This document shows positions 1 through 9,357 of a stretch of DNA of 32,000 nt, piece after piece. How positions within the stretch are numbered: position 1 is the first letter of the stretch; the number at the start of each line of letters is the position of its first letter. The DNA is from Methanothermus fervidus DSM 2088 (GTDB lineage: Archaea > Methanobacteriota > Methanobacteria > DSM-2088 > Methanothermaceae): assembly GCA_000166095.1 (NCBI GenBank), contig CP002278.1, forward strand, positions 1,140,001-1,172,000, in the 5' to 3' direction. The notes under the pieces are model-generated. The model worked only from the letters and a program-made list of their open reading frames with translations. It made no database searches and was not told the origin of the DNA. Made by a program: the position numbers and the translations under genes.

Positions 1-805
1 AAAAACCAAAGATTTTAAGATATTTGCAGATATGAGACTTGCAGGAGTAGGAATGATTGGAGTTGTACATGCTACAAGGCCTATTGATGCCATTCAGAGA
101 GTTATTGGTCGTGTAGAACTTGGAATGATACCTTCAATTATTGACACCACGATATTCATAAAAGATGGAAAAGTAGAAACCGTTTATGATATTTCATTAA
201 CAGTTAAAGTTCCAACAGGCATGACTGAAGAAGATTTGGCAAGGCCTGTAATAGAGGTAAGAGATTTTGAAACAAATGAATTGGTGTATGAGATATATAC
301 ATATGGTGAACAAACTGTTGTTATGGATGTATCAAAAATTTCCGCACCTAAGAAAGCACCTGTTAGAACATTAGCTGAGAAAGAAATTGAAAGAGAGTTT
401 AAAAAGCGTTTTCCTCATGTAGATGTTAAAGTAAAAATGGAATCTGATAACAGAGCTAAAGTTTGGGTCAATGAAAAATACATACCTCAAATAATTGGTA
501 AAAAAGGAAGAACCATCGAAAAAATAGAGGAAAAGCTGGGTATAAGTATAAGCGTTGAACCACTGGTAGAGAAAAAGAAAGAAAAAGAAATTACAGTAGA
601 TGTCAATGATAATCATATAGTATTGAACTTTGGAACTGAAGATGTTGGCAAGTCTTATGATATATTTGTTGATAATGAGTACTTGTTTACAGCTACAGTA
701 GGTAAAAGAGGTACAATAAAGGTTAGAAGAGATATAGATTTAGCAAAGGTTATAGAGAAGGCTATAGAAACTAATTTACCTATCACAGCAAAACCAAGAG
801 ATTAG
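1..805 (+). CDS. PIN/PilT-like ATPase with C-terminal KH domain (3' part; gene begins upstream of the window)
   Basis: The frame is open from nt 2 (KTKDFKIFAD precedes the first Met at 32), so the gene is cut by the window edge. It has a KH-type GXXG motif (IIGKKGRTIEKIEEKLG) and overall resembles archaeal PINc/KH ATPases. Confidence 0.7.
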   Translation, partial: KTKDFKIFADMRLAGVGMIGVVHATRPIDAIQRVIGRVELGMIPSIIDTTIFIKDGKVETVYDISLTVKVPTGMTEEDLARPVIEVRDFETNELVYEIYTYGEQTVVMDVSKISAPKKAPVRTLAEKEIEREFKKRFPHVDVKVKMESDNRAKVWVNEKYIPQIIGKKGRTIEKIEEKLGISISVEPLVEKKKEKEITVDVNDNHIVLNFGTEDVGKSYDIFVDNEYLFTATVGKRGTIKVRRDIDLAKVIEKAIETNLPITAKPRD

Positions 806-814
806 GTGTTAATT

Positions 815-1567
815 ATGAAATTTGGAGTTTCTACTTTAGCTTTGTATCCTTCTCCTATAGAAAAAATTTTGGATTTTGTTGAAAATTTAGGTATGGATTA
901 TTGTGAAATAATAAATGAATATCCTTTTGATGATTTAAATTATGAAATTTTTGAATCATATTCTTTAGATGTAGTGATACATGCACCAATATCTGATATA
1001 AATATAGCCTCACATAATCATGCCATGAGAAGAGCATCTATAGAAGAAATAAAATCTTCGATAACATTAGCATCAAAAATAAATTCTGAAAAAATAGTAA
1101 TACATCCAGGAATTGTTCCTGTACTTGGAAAAAAATTCATAAATAAAATAGAGAAATACAATATAGATGCATTGAGAGAAATTAGGGACCATGCTGAAAA
1201 TTTAGGTGTAAAGATATGTTTAGAAAACATGCCTAATCTTGAAGAATGTTTATGTAAGGATCTAAATGAAGTATATAAGATTGTTAATGATTTAGGAATC
1301 TATACAACTTTGGATGTTGGCCACGCTAATACTATGGGTTTAGATGTAGAAAAATTGAAAATTGATGACTCTGTTATCCATATACATATTTCAGATAATG
1401 ATGGTTCTTATGATACGCATGATGCTTTGGGAGAGGGAAATATAAATTTCACAAAGTTGTTTAAAAAGAAATTGAAAAATTATTCTGATACAATTACAAT
1501 AGAAATAAAAACAAAGGAAGAATTATTAAAAAGTATAGAATATTTGAAAGCAAAAAAGATTTTATAA
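815..1567 (+). CDS. sugar phosphate isomerase/epimerase (xylose-isomerase-like TIM barrel) family protein
   Basis: The pattern VIHAP...IVIHPG...LENM...LDVGHAN...HIHISDN is typical of the AP-endonuclease-2/xylose-isomerase-like fold. I prefer ATG 815 over GTG 806 because GGTG at 805-808 sits 6 nt upstream of it. Confidence 0.7.
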   Translation: MKFGVSTLALYPSPIEKILDFVENLGMDYCEIINEYPFDDLNYEIFESYSLDVVIHAPISDINIASHNHAMRRASIEEIKSSITLASKINSEKIVIHPGIVPVLGKKFINKIEKYNIDALREIRDHAENLGVKICLENMPNLEECLCKDLNEVYKIVNDLGIYTTLDVGHANTMGLDVEKLKIDDSVIHIHISDNDGSYDTHDALGEGNINFTKLFKKKLKNYSDTITIEIKTKEELLKSIEYLKAKKIL

Positions 1568-1576
1568 GTGATAGAG

Positions 1577-2251
1577 ATGAAAATTGCAATTATTGGTGGA
1601 ACCGGTGATCAAGGTTTTGGACTGGCACTAAGGCTGGCAAAGGCTGGAGAAAAAATAATCATTGGGTCAAGAAGTCGAGAAAGGGCTAAAAAAGCTTGTT
1701 CAAAAATCCTTAATATTGTGGAGAATGCAGATATAGAAGGAATGGAAAATAAAGAAGCAGCAAAAGAAGCTGATATAGTGATATTAACAGTTCCACTTCA
1801 TGCACAGCTAACAACTATAGAAAATATAAAAGATGTTCTTGATGGTAAAATACTTGTGGATGCTACAGTGCCATTAGAATCTTCAATAGGAGGGTCCGGT
1901 GGTAAATACGTTGAATTATGGGATGGTTCAGCAGCCGAAAGAACATCTAGAGTACTTAAAGATAAAAATGTTAAAATAGTAACAGCATTCAATAATATAA
2001 GTGCCCACAGTTTACAAGACATAGAGAATGATGTTGAATGCGATTGTTTAGTAGCTGGCGATGATGAAAATGCAAAAAAAATTGTTATGGAACTTGCTGA
2101 AAAAATACCTGGAGTAAGAGCAATAGATTGTGGCCCATTAGAAAATTCAAAAATAATTGAAAAAATAACACCTCTATTAATAACTCTTAACATCAGAAAT
2201 AACATTAATAATGCAGGAATAAGAATAACAGGTTTGAAAAAATGGAAATAG
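1577..2251 (+). CDS. npdG: NADPH-dependent F420 reductase (F420H2:NADP+ oxidoreductase)
   Basis: The N-terminal MKIAIIGGTGDQGFGLALRLAKAG dinucleotide-binding motif and the ~225 aa length are typical of Fno/NpdG. ATG 1577 is preferred to GTG 1568. Confidence 0.8.
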   Translation: MKIAIIGGTGDQGFGLALRLAKAGEKIIIGSRSRERAKKACSKILNIVENADIEGMENKEAAKEADIVILTVPLHAQLTTIENIKDVLDGKILVDATVPLESSIGGSGGKYVELWDGSAAERTSRVLKDKNVKIVTAFNNISAHSLQDIENDVECDCLVAGDDENAKKIVMELAEKIPGVRAIDCGPLENSKIIEKITPLLITLNIRNNINNAGIRITGLKKWK

Positions 2252-2826
2252 TAATGAAAACTGTCAAAGAAATTGTAAAAAATGCCATAAACGCAATTGA
2301 AAAGATAAATGAAAAAGAAATTAAGAAGATGATCGAAGAAATAAGAAATTCAGATAGAATATTTGTTGTAGGTACTGGCAGATCAGAATTAGTTGGAAAA
2401 GCTTTTGCAATGAGATTAATGCATCTTGGATTTAATGTTCATGTGGTTGGTGAAGTTACAACACCGGCAATCAGAGATAAAGATTGTTTAATTGCAATTT
2501 CAGGTTCTGGTGAAACAAAAACAGTTACAATAGCAGCTGAAACTTCTAAAAAAATAGGAGCCTGTGTGATAGGTATTACTTCAACGCAAAATTCAACATT
2601 GTGGAGAATAGCAGATATTAAGGTAGTTATACCTACAAAAAGTAAAAAAGCTTGGAAAGATTACACATCTGAATCTCTAAAAGGAGAATATGGTGACTTA
2701 ATGCCTTTAGGAACTCTATTTGAAGATACAGCACAGCTATTTTTAGATGGTGTTATTGCAGAACTTATGACAATTCTCGGTAAAAAGGAAGAAGATCTTA
2801 GAAAAAGACACGAAACCTTCTATTAA
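2242..2826 (+). CDS. hxlB: 6-phospho-3-hexuloisomerase (SIS domain)
   Basis: SIS-domain signature IFVVGTGRSELVGKAFAMRLMHLGF...LIAISGSGETKTV. The start is ambiguous: ATG 2242 overlaps the npdG stop, and ATG 2254 is the alternative. Confidence 0.75.
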   Translation: MEIVMKTVKEIVKNAINAIEKINEKEIKKMIEEIRNSDRIFVVGTGRSELVGKAFAMRLMHLGFNVHVVGEVTTPAIRDKDCLIAISGSGETKTVTIAAETSKKIGACVIGITSTQNSTLWRIADIKVVIPTKSKKAWKDYTSESLKGEYGDLMPLGTLFEDTAQLFLDGVIAELMTILGKKEEDLRKRHETFY

Positions 2827-2870
2827 CTAATAACTAACATTGTTACATTACATAACTTCCAGGTGTTATC

Positions 2871-3377
2871 ATGCGATGTCAATTAATTAGAGACAGTGTT
2901 GTATCAGATGTGAATCCCCGTGCCCTCAGACTTCATAACAAAAGTCATTATGGAATTCTAGATGGAAATACTTTCAAATTATCATTAATAGAAGCTACTT
3001 ATTTGTTAGAAAATAAAAGGATTAATGTGTATAGAGGTAATGAGAAGATTTCTCTAGAAGAAATGAAAAATATTTTGAGGAGACATAATTTATATCAGAA
3101 ATATTTAGTGTTTAGAGATTTAAGGAATAGAGGATATATAGTCAAAACTGGACTTAAATATGGTTCTGAATTTCGTTTATATGAACGTGGTAAAGCACCT
3201 GGTAAAGGACATTCCAAATATCTTGTTAGAGTAGTGACAGAAGATGACATATTTAATGTTAAAGATATTGTAAGCCAAGTAAGAGTTGCACATAGTGTGA
3301 GAAAAAAATTAATTATGGCAGTAGTAGATGAAGAAGAAGATATCAGCTATTACAAAATTGAATGGATAAGACCTTGA
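2871..3377 (+). CDS. endA: tRNA-splicing (intron) endonuclease
   Basis: The C-terminal catalytic-domain pattern YLVFRDLRNRGYIVKTGLKYGSEFRLYERG...HSKYLV and the ~170 aa size match homotetrameric archaeal EndA. Confidence 0.85.
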   Translation: MRCQLIRDSVVSDVNPRALRLHNKSHYGILDGNTFKLSLIEATYLLENKRINVYRGNEKISLEEMKNILRRHNLYQKYLVFRDLRNRGYIVKTGLKYGSEFRLYERGKAPGKGHSKYLVRVVTEDDIFNVKDIVSQVRVAHSVRKKLIMAVVDEEEDISYYKIEWIRP

Positions 3378-3386
3378 GGTGTCTAT

Positions 3387-4487
3387 TTGATTGACCCATG
3401 GAGCTCAGAAAGTCTAAATCATAAAATCATTGAAAAGTTTGGTGTAAGACCTTTTAAAGAAGTTATAGGTGAAATAAAAGATCCTCATTGGTTAATGAGA
3501 AGAGGTGTAATTTTCGGGCAAAGAGATTATAATAAGATATTAAAAGCAATGAAAAATAAAGAAGATTTTGCAATCGTAACTGGGATGATGCCAAGTGGCA
3601 AAATGCATATAGGACATAAAATGATAATAGACCAATTAATATGGTACGAAAAAAAGGGTGCGGAAATATTTATACCTATAGCTGATATGGAAGCATATTC
3701 TACTAGAAATAAAAGTTTTGAAGAATCTAAAAAAATAGCAATAGAGGAATATTTGGCAAATTATCTTGCATTAGGATTAGATATAACCAAAGATTCAATA
3801 AATGTTTATTTACAATCTGAAAATTTGGTAGTTGAAGATCTAGCATATATATTGAGTAAAAAAGTTAATTTCAGCGAATTAAGGGCTATATATGGATTTG
3901 ATGAGTCAACAAGTATCGCACAGACATATATACCGATTATTCAAGCTGCAGATATCCTTCATCCACAACTAGATGAATTTGGAGGTCCAAAACCAGTTTT
4001 GGTCCCTGTTGGACCTGATCAAGACCCTCACATAAGACTCTCCAGGGATTTAGCAAGTAGATTTAAAAAAGAATATTCATTTATCTTGCCTTCATCAACT
4101 TACCATAAATTTATGAGTGGTATAACAGGAGGCAAAATGTCAAGTAGTAAACCAAACGATGCTATATTTTTAACAGATCCTCCTAAAGTTGTTGAAAATA
4201 AAATTATGCAAGCAAAAACTGGAGGAAGAGAAACACTCGAAGATCAAAGAAAATACGGAGGATCTCCAAAAGATTGTGTTGTATATGAGATCTTAATTTA
4301 TCATGTTGAAGATGATAAAAAAGTAAAAGATATTTATGAAAAATGTAAAAATGGTGAAATAATTTGTGGTGAATGTAAAAAAATAGTAGCTGAACATATG
4401 AAAAAATTGATTATTGATATTGGAAAAAAGAGAGAAAAAATGGTGGAAAAAGCTGCAAGAGTTTTGGAGGAGTCTAATGGTACGTAA
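3387..4487 (+). CDS. trpS: tryptophan--tRNA ligase
   Basis: Class I aaRS motifs HIGH (KMHIGH) and KMSKS-like (KMSSSKP), with an archaeal/eukaryal-type TrpRS layout. TTG start at 3387. Confidence 0.9.
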   Translation: MIDPWSSESLNHKIIEKFGVRPFKEVIGEIKDPHWLMRRGVIFGQRDYNKILKAMKNKEDFAIVTGMMPSGKMHIGHKMIIDQLIWYEKKGAEIFIPIADMEAYSTRNKSFEESKKIAIEEYLANYLALGLDITKDSINVYLQSENLVVEDLAYILSKKVNFSELRAIYGFDESTSIAQTYIPIIQAADILHPQLDEFGGPKPVLVPVGPDQDPHIRLSRDLASRFKKEYSFILPSSTYHKFMSGITGGKMSSSKPNDAIFLTDPPKVVENKIMQAKTGGRETLEDQRKYGGSPKDCVVYEILIYHVEDDKKVKDIYEKCKNGEIICGECKKIVAEHMKKLIIDIGKKREKMVEKAARVLEESNGT

Positions 4488-5109
4488 GGAAGGTTATGAA
4501 AGCACTTTAGAAGCACTGTATAGAAATAATGAATCATTGTTAATTATTTCAGCATTATTATTTTTTATTCCTCTTTTCATCGGATATATTTTTTCAGGAA
4601 CTTTAGATCCATATTTAGGATATGTGCTTAAAGAATTTAAGAAAGAAATAGTAAAAGGAGAATTAAAACTAACGGTTTTGTCTATATTTTTACATAATTT
4701 ACAAATATCGATAGTATTATATTTAGGTGGAATAATTGCTATAGTTACAGTGGTTTCTTTAATTTTTAATGGATTATTTATTGGATATACCGCTAGTAAA
4801 TATCCATTAATGGATTTCATAATTTTAGTACTTCCTCATGGGGTATTTGAAGTACCTGCAATAATTATAGCAGGGGCAGCAGGGTTTAGACTAACTTCTT
4901 TTATTTTTAACTATATCTCTGATTTACTTTTTGGAGAATGGTATGGAAGTAAGATAGAAAAGATTAGTTATTATTTTAAATTAAATTATGAAGAATTTGA
5001 AGAGTCATTATTGCTTTTTGGAATCTCAGTTGTACTTTTATTTATTGCAGCCTTAATTGAGGCCAATGCAACGCTTTTAATTTACGAATATTTGAAGGGA
5101 ATAATATGA
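4477..5109 (+). CDS. SpoIIM-like (stage II sporulation protein M family) integral membrane protein
   Basis: Multi-TM protein with the family-typical [20 protein letters not shown] segment. ATG 4477 is preceded by GGAGG (4466-4470). The longer ORF from 4414 would lie inside trpS. Confidence 0.6.
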   Translation: MVRKEGYESTLEALYRNNESLLIISALLFFIPLFIGYIFSGTLDPYLGYVLKEFKKEIVKGELKLTVLSIFLHNLQISIVLYLGGIIAIVTVVSLIFNGLFIGYTASKYPLMDFIILVLPHGVFEVPAIIIAGAAGFRLTSFIFNYISDLLFGEWYGSKIEKISYYFKLNYEEFEESLLLFGISVVLLFIAALIEANATLLIYEYLKGII

Positions 5110-6299
5110 TTATGAGATGTGTAGTATGCGGAAAAGAATACCCTGCAGATGAAATCATATACACTTGTAATGAATGCGGGTCAGTACTAGAAGTCTTGAT
5201 GGAAACAGAGGTATCAAAGAAAATATTTGAAGGCAGAAAGTGGAATATGTGGAGATACAAAGAATTTTTACCTGTAGATGAATCTAAAAAAGTATCACTT
5301 AATGAAGGAGGTACTCCATTTATAAAATGTAATAATTTGTCAAAAGATCTTAAAGTTGATTTATATGTTAAGGTAGAGGGTTCAAACCCAACAGGTAGTT
5401 TTAAAGATAGAGGTATGAGTGTAGGAGTTACAAAAGCTCTTGAATTTAATGTTGACACAGTTGGATGTGCCTCAACTGGTAATACTTCCGCATCTTTAGC
5501 TGCATATGCAGCAAGAGCTGGTCTTAGATGTATAGTATTTTTACCAGCAGGGAAAGTTGCTTTGGGAAAATTAGCTCAAGCCATGTTTCATGGAGCCCAG
5601 GTGTTATCAATTAAGGATAATTTTGATAAGGCATTAGAGATTGTCACAAAGTTTGCTCTTGGTGGATATTTATATCTACTAAATTCTGTAAATCCTTTTA
5701 GATTAGAAGGACAAAAGACAATCGCATTTGAAATATTGGAAGAACTGAATTGGGAATCTCCAGACCACATCATCTTACCTGTTGGAAATGCAGGAAACAT
5801 TTCAGCGATATGGAAAGGAATAAAGGAATTTTATGAATCTGATTTCATAGATGAGAAACCATGCATGATTGGAATACAGGCTGAAGGAGCTTCACCAATA
5901 GTTGAAGCTGTAAAGAAACAAAAACTTGATATAAAGCCTGTAAAAAATCCTGAAACAGTTGCAACAGCTATAAGGATAGGTTCTCCAGTTAATTATCCTA
6001 AAGCTTTGAGAGCAATATATGAATCCAATGGAACTGCCCTAAGCGTCAGTGATGAAGAAATACTTAAGGCTCAAAGACTATTAGCAAAAAAAGAAGGTAT
6101 AGGTGTTGAGCCAGCATCAGCTGCAAGTATTGCAGGACTAATCAAATTAATAGATGATGGCTATTTAGATCATGGAGAAAGAGTTGTATGCGTATTGACA
6201 GGGCATCTTCTAAAAGATCCAAAAATTGCTATAAATGCTTGTAAAAAGCCTTTAGAAGTAGAACCAGATTTTAATTTACTAAAAAAGATTATTGGATAA
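5106..6299 (+). CDS. thrC: threonine synthase (with N-terminal Cys4 zinc ribbon)
   Basis: PLP-lysine motif GSNPTGSFKDRGM and an N-terminal CVVCG...CNECG ribbon, as in archaeal ThrC. The ATGA at the start overlaps the upstream stop. Confidence 0.9.
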   Translation: MIMRCVVCGKEYPADEIIYTCNECGSVLEVLMETEVSKKIFEGRKWNMWRYKEFLPVDESKKVSLNEGGTPFIKCNNLSKDLKVDLYVKVEGSNPTGSFKDRGMSVGVTKALEFNVDTVGCASTGNTSASLAAYAARAGLRCIVFLPAGKVALGKLAQAMFHGAQVLSIKDNFDKALEIVTKFALGGYLYLLNSVNPFRLEGQKTIAFEILEELNWESPDHIILPVGNAGNISAIWKGIKEFYESDFIDEKPCMIGIQAEGASPIVEAVKKQKLDIKPVKNPETVATAIRIGSPVNYPKALRAIYESNGTALSVSDEEILKAQRLLAKKEGIGVEPASAASIAGLIKLIDDGYLDHGERVVCVLTGHLLKDPKIAINACKKPLEVEPDFNLLKKIIG

Positions 6300-6450
6300 A
6301 TAGAAAATTTTATTCTATAAAAAAACGCCTTTGATACAATATCTATATTATCCATTTATATGGCTATCAAAGCACAATATAAACTTTTTATGGTTAATAA
6401 GAATTTCACAACCACCATCAAAATAAAACATCAACGATGCAAACAATAAA

Positions 6451-6458
6451 TTTATATA
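6451..6458 (+). promoter_or_regulatory. candidate archaeal TATA box of the histone gene
   Basis: TTTATATA at 6451-6458 is a perfect match to the methanogen TATA consensus and lies 48 nt upstream of ATG 6506. A GAGGTGG ribosome-binding site sits at 6494-6500. Confidence 0.5.
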
Positions 6459-6505
6459 GGATAAATTTGATAATATTCTTTCGTAAGAATAGAGAGGTGG
6501 TAAGT

Positions 6506-6715
6506 ATGGAATTACCAATAGCACCAATTGGTAGAATTATAAAAGATGCAGGTGCCGAAAGAGTCAGTGATGATGCAAGAATAACTCTAGCAAAAATTTT
6601 AGAAGAAATGGGTAGAGACATTGCTTCAGAAGCTATAAAACTAGCAAGACACGCCGGAAGGAAAACAATAAAAGCAGAGGACATTGAACTAGCAGTTCGA
6701 AGATTTAAGAAATAA
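6506..6715 (+). CDS. hmfB: archaeal histone (HMfB-type)
   Basis: The 69-aa product [69 protein letters not shown] is a single histone fold and matches HMfB as I remember it. The track ORF from 6437 is an N-terminal over-extension. Confidence 0.95.
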   Translation: MELPIAPIGRIIKDAGAERVSDDARITLAKILEEMGRDIASEAIKLARHAGRKTIKAEDIELAVRRFKK

Positions 6716-6734
6716 TATTTTTCTTTTTCCTTTT
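6716..6734 (+). terminator. oligo-T tract downstream of hmfB (candidate archaeal terminator)
   Basis: T5 at 6718-6722, T5 at 6724-6728 and T4 at 6731-6734 follow immediately after the TAA at 6713-6715. Archaeal RNAP terminates at oligo-T. Confidence 0.3.
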
Positions 6735-7590
6735 ATATTTTTATTGCAAATAAAAAATCATACAAAATTTTTGCTGCATTCATCGCTGCGGGGTCGCCTA
6801 TTCTATCTGTTGCAACTTCAACAATGTCAATGCCAATAATTTTTTTTCTAGCTATTTTTTCAATGAATTTTTCCATATGGTAGGGAGTGATACCTACAGG
6901 CGTTGGATTTCCAACACCTGGAGCATAACCAGGATCTAATACATCTATATCCACTGTTACATAGAATGGTCCATCTAATTTATTTATTTCATTTAAAACC
7001 ATGTTAAATTTTTCAATTATGTCTCTTGATGTATAGTATTTGATATTTTCATTAAGAACAAATTCATGTTCTTCTTTTGTACAAGATCTTACACCAATTT
7101 GGACAATTTTCTTCGGATGTAATTCATATATTCGTCGCATGACTGTTGCATGCGAAAACTTTTTACCAGCATAAGTATTTGCCATATCCATATGTGCATC
7201 AAAGTGTAGAATAGTTACATCACTTAGATCAAATGTTTTCACAACACCATATGTTATGCTATGTTCTCCACCAAGGACAATAGGAATCATTCCTTTTTTT
7301 AAAACTTCTTGAACTTTTTCAGAAATATTACGACAAGTATTTTTAAAGTCACCTAGAATTACCTCAATATCACCTAAATCAATGATAGGAACATCTAGTT
7401 TTTTTCTATAGTGTAAACTATAGTTTTCAAAATTGTAGGATGCTTGACGAATCATCAATGGTCCAAATCTTGACCCTGGCTTATATGTGGATGTGCTATC
7501 AAAAGGTACTCCTAACAATCCAAAAACTTTTTTATTAGAAAGGTATTTAAGGGAGGAAGGGTCCTTAGAATATGCAAATTTTAGACCCAT
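6733..7590 (-). CDS. speB: agmatinase (ureohydrolase family)
   Basis: Arginase-fold Mn-binding motifs GGEHSIT, HFDAHMD and DIDVLDP. Its ATG lies 1 nt after the aIF5A stop. Confidence 0.9.
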   Translation of the reverse strand: MGLKFAYSKDPSSLKYLSNKKVFGLLGVPFDSTSTYKPGSRFGPLMIRQASYNFENYSLHYRKKLDVPIIDLGDIEVILGDFKNTCRNISEKVQEVLKKGMIPIVLGGEHSITYGVVKTFDLSDVTILHFDAHMDMANTYAGKKFSHATVMRRIYELHPKKIVQIGVRSCTKEEHEFVLNENIKYYTSRDIIEKFNMVLNEINKLDGPFYVTVDIDVLDPGYAPGVGNPTPVGITPYHMEKFIEKIARKKIIGIDIVEVATDRIGDPAAMNAAKILYDFLFAIKI

Positions 7591-7591
7591 A

Positions 7592-7981
7592 TTATTTAAC
7601 TCTTAAAAGTTTTGTTTTACCCATTGCTTCTAAATATTCAACTTCTGCACCTTCAGTTAATTTATCTTTTAACTCCTCAGGTATAGGAACTTCAAATGTG
7701 TCATATGTTTCTAAGTCCATCAATTGTACAGTATCACCCATAATTGCTAAAACTTGACCCACCTTCTTATTAATCACAGGTACTTCTATTTTACTATCCA
7801 CAGGTTTTACAATACTTCTTTTTTGTCCATCAAAAATGCCAATTGCTTCTATACGCATCTTTGCAGATCCATGCTTACCTGGTGAAGAAGTTGTTACTCC
7901 TACAATCTTTGAAGGTTCACCATCTATTACCACATACTTACCTTTTTTCAATGTTCTAACTTCAACTACTTTTTTTGCCAT
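7592..7981 (-). CDS. eif5a: translation initiation factor 5A (aIF5A)
   Basis: Hypusine-loop motif [13 protein letters not shown], ~130 aa. Confidence 0.95.
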   Translation of the reverse strand: MAKKVVEVRTLKKGKYVVIDGEPSKIVGVTTSSPGKHGSAKMRIEAIGIFDGQKRSIVKPVDSKIEVPVINKKVGQVLAIMGDTVQLMDLETYDTFEVPIPEELKDKLTEGAEVEYLEAMGKTKLLRVK

Positions 7982-8055
7982 GATTATCCCTCCTTATATT
8001 GAAACCTCATAAATCTTTACATACAAACAATATAAAAAATTTGTGAGGTGGTAAC

Positions 8056-8499
8056 TTGAATATTGCTATAACTTCTGGTAAAAGTGAAGGCCCCACAAAG
8101 TTAAATGCATTTGATAATGCCTTATTAGATGCTGGTATTGGAAATGTAAATTTGATAGAAGTTTCTAGTATAGTTCCGCCAGGTGCAAAAATAATTCCAT
8201 TACCTAAATTTGAAGTAGGATCAATGGTTAAATGTGTATTAGCGAAAAAGATTTCGGAAAGAAAAGATGATTTAATTTCTGCTAGTGTAGCTGTTGCAAT
8301 GTCAAAAGATTTTGGATGTATAGCTGAACACAGTGGCGTAAATGTAAGTCCTGAAAAAGTTAGGGAAAGATGTGTATCAACTGTTAAAAACATGATGAAA
8401 AAAAGGAATAAAAAAATAGAAGAATTAATTGTGGAGGAGATAAATCATAGAGTTAAAAAATGTGGTGCAGTGGTTGCTGCGGTAGTTTATATAGAATAG
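8056..8499 (+). CDS. pdaD: pyruvoyl-dependent arginine decarboxylase
   Basis: Self-cleavage site motif LIEVSSIVPPGA and the ~150 aa size. The TTG start is preceded by GAGGTGG. Confidence 0.9.
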   Translation: MNIAITSGKSEGPTKLNAFDNALLDAGIGNVNLIEVSSIVPPGAKIIPLPKFEVGSMVKCVLAKKISERKDDLISASVAVAMSKDFGCIAEHSGVNVSPEKVRERCVSTVKNMMKKRNKKIEELIVEEINHRVKKCGAVVAAVVYIE

Positions 8500-8511
8500 A
8501 AAGGTGTCTGA

Positions 8512-9357
8512 ATGGATGAATCAGAAATTAGAAAATGGAAAAAAGTATCATTGGAAATGGCTAGACGCGTAGAAAGAGCAATATCACCATTAATTGGTAC
8601 TGAAGAAGCTGGAAAGATAGTTAAAATGGGTGCTGATGGTACTCCAACAAAATTGATAGATTTAATAGCTGAAGATGAAGTTATAAATGTGTTAAAAGAA
8701 GTTGGAGAACCTGTTGGATTAGTAACTGAAGAATCTGGAAGTTTTGATATAAATAAGAAAGTTGTAAGTAGAAACAAAAAAATAACTTTTGTTGTTGATC
8801 CTCTTGATGGAACAACTAATGCTATAAAAAACATTCCTTTTTATGGCATATCGATAGCTGTAGCTGAACATCCGCAAAATAGAGATCCTGTACTTAATGA
8901 TGTTGTTATTGGAGTTGTAAGGAATTTTACAACAAGAGATACCTATACAGCCATAAAAGATAGAGGTGCATCTTTAAACGGAAATGAAATATCTCCATCA
9001 TCAAATAAATTTTTGAATGAAGCATCTGTTGGTGCTTTTATTTATGGAACTAGATTTAAAGATCTGGATAATTTATGTAGCAAGATAAGAAGGATGAGAA
9101 TATTGGGTGCAGTAGCTTTAGAATTAAGTTATGTTGCTAATGGCGTATATGATGCATTTATAGATATAAGAGGAAGGTTAAGAATTGTGGACATTGCTGC
9201 TGCAAAACTTATTGTAGACGAAGCTGGAGGGATAGTTACAGACCATCAAGGCAATGTTATAAATGGCCCATTGAATGTAAGAGAAAGGACATCTTTAGTT
9301 GCTGCAGGAAACAATGCTTTACATTCAAAAATTATAGAAGTTTTGGAGGAACTTTAA
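8512..9357 (+). CDS. inositol monophosphatase-family phosphatase (probable NADP phosphatase / FBPase-IMPase)
   Basis: IMPase motifs VTEESG, VDPLDGTTN and the WDxAAG-like VDIAAAKLIVDEAGG. Confidence 0.8.
   Translation: MDESEIRKWKKVSLEMARRVERAISPLIGTEEAGKIVKMGADGTPTKLIDLIAEDEVINVLKEVGEPVGLVTEESGSFDINKKVVSRNKKITFVVDPLDGTTNAIKNIPFYGISIAVAEHPQNRDPVLNDVVIGVVRNFTTRDTYTAIKDRGASLNGNEISPSSNKFLNEASVGAFIYGTRFKDLDNLCSKIRRMRILGAVALELSYVANGVYDAFIDIRGRLRIVDIAAAKLIVDEAGGIVTDHQGNVINGPLNVRERTSLVAAGNNALHSKIIEVLEEL

Noticed and set aside
6360-6449. 29-codon ORF ([29 protein letters not shown]) upstream of hmfB.
   Set aside because: It has no ribosome-binding site, would run up to the histone TATA box, its composition is what AT-rich non-coding DNA gives, and it has no motif.
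6437-6505. N-terminal extension of the histone ORF (track start 6437). Likewise 4414-4476 for the SpoIIM-like gene and 25882-25902 for GGR.
   Set aside because: The extensions would run through the TATA box/RBS region or the preceding gene. The internal ATGs have proper GGAGG/GGTGA sites and give canonical protein N-termini.
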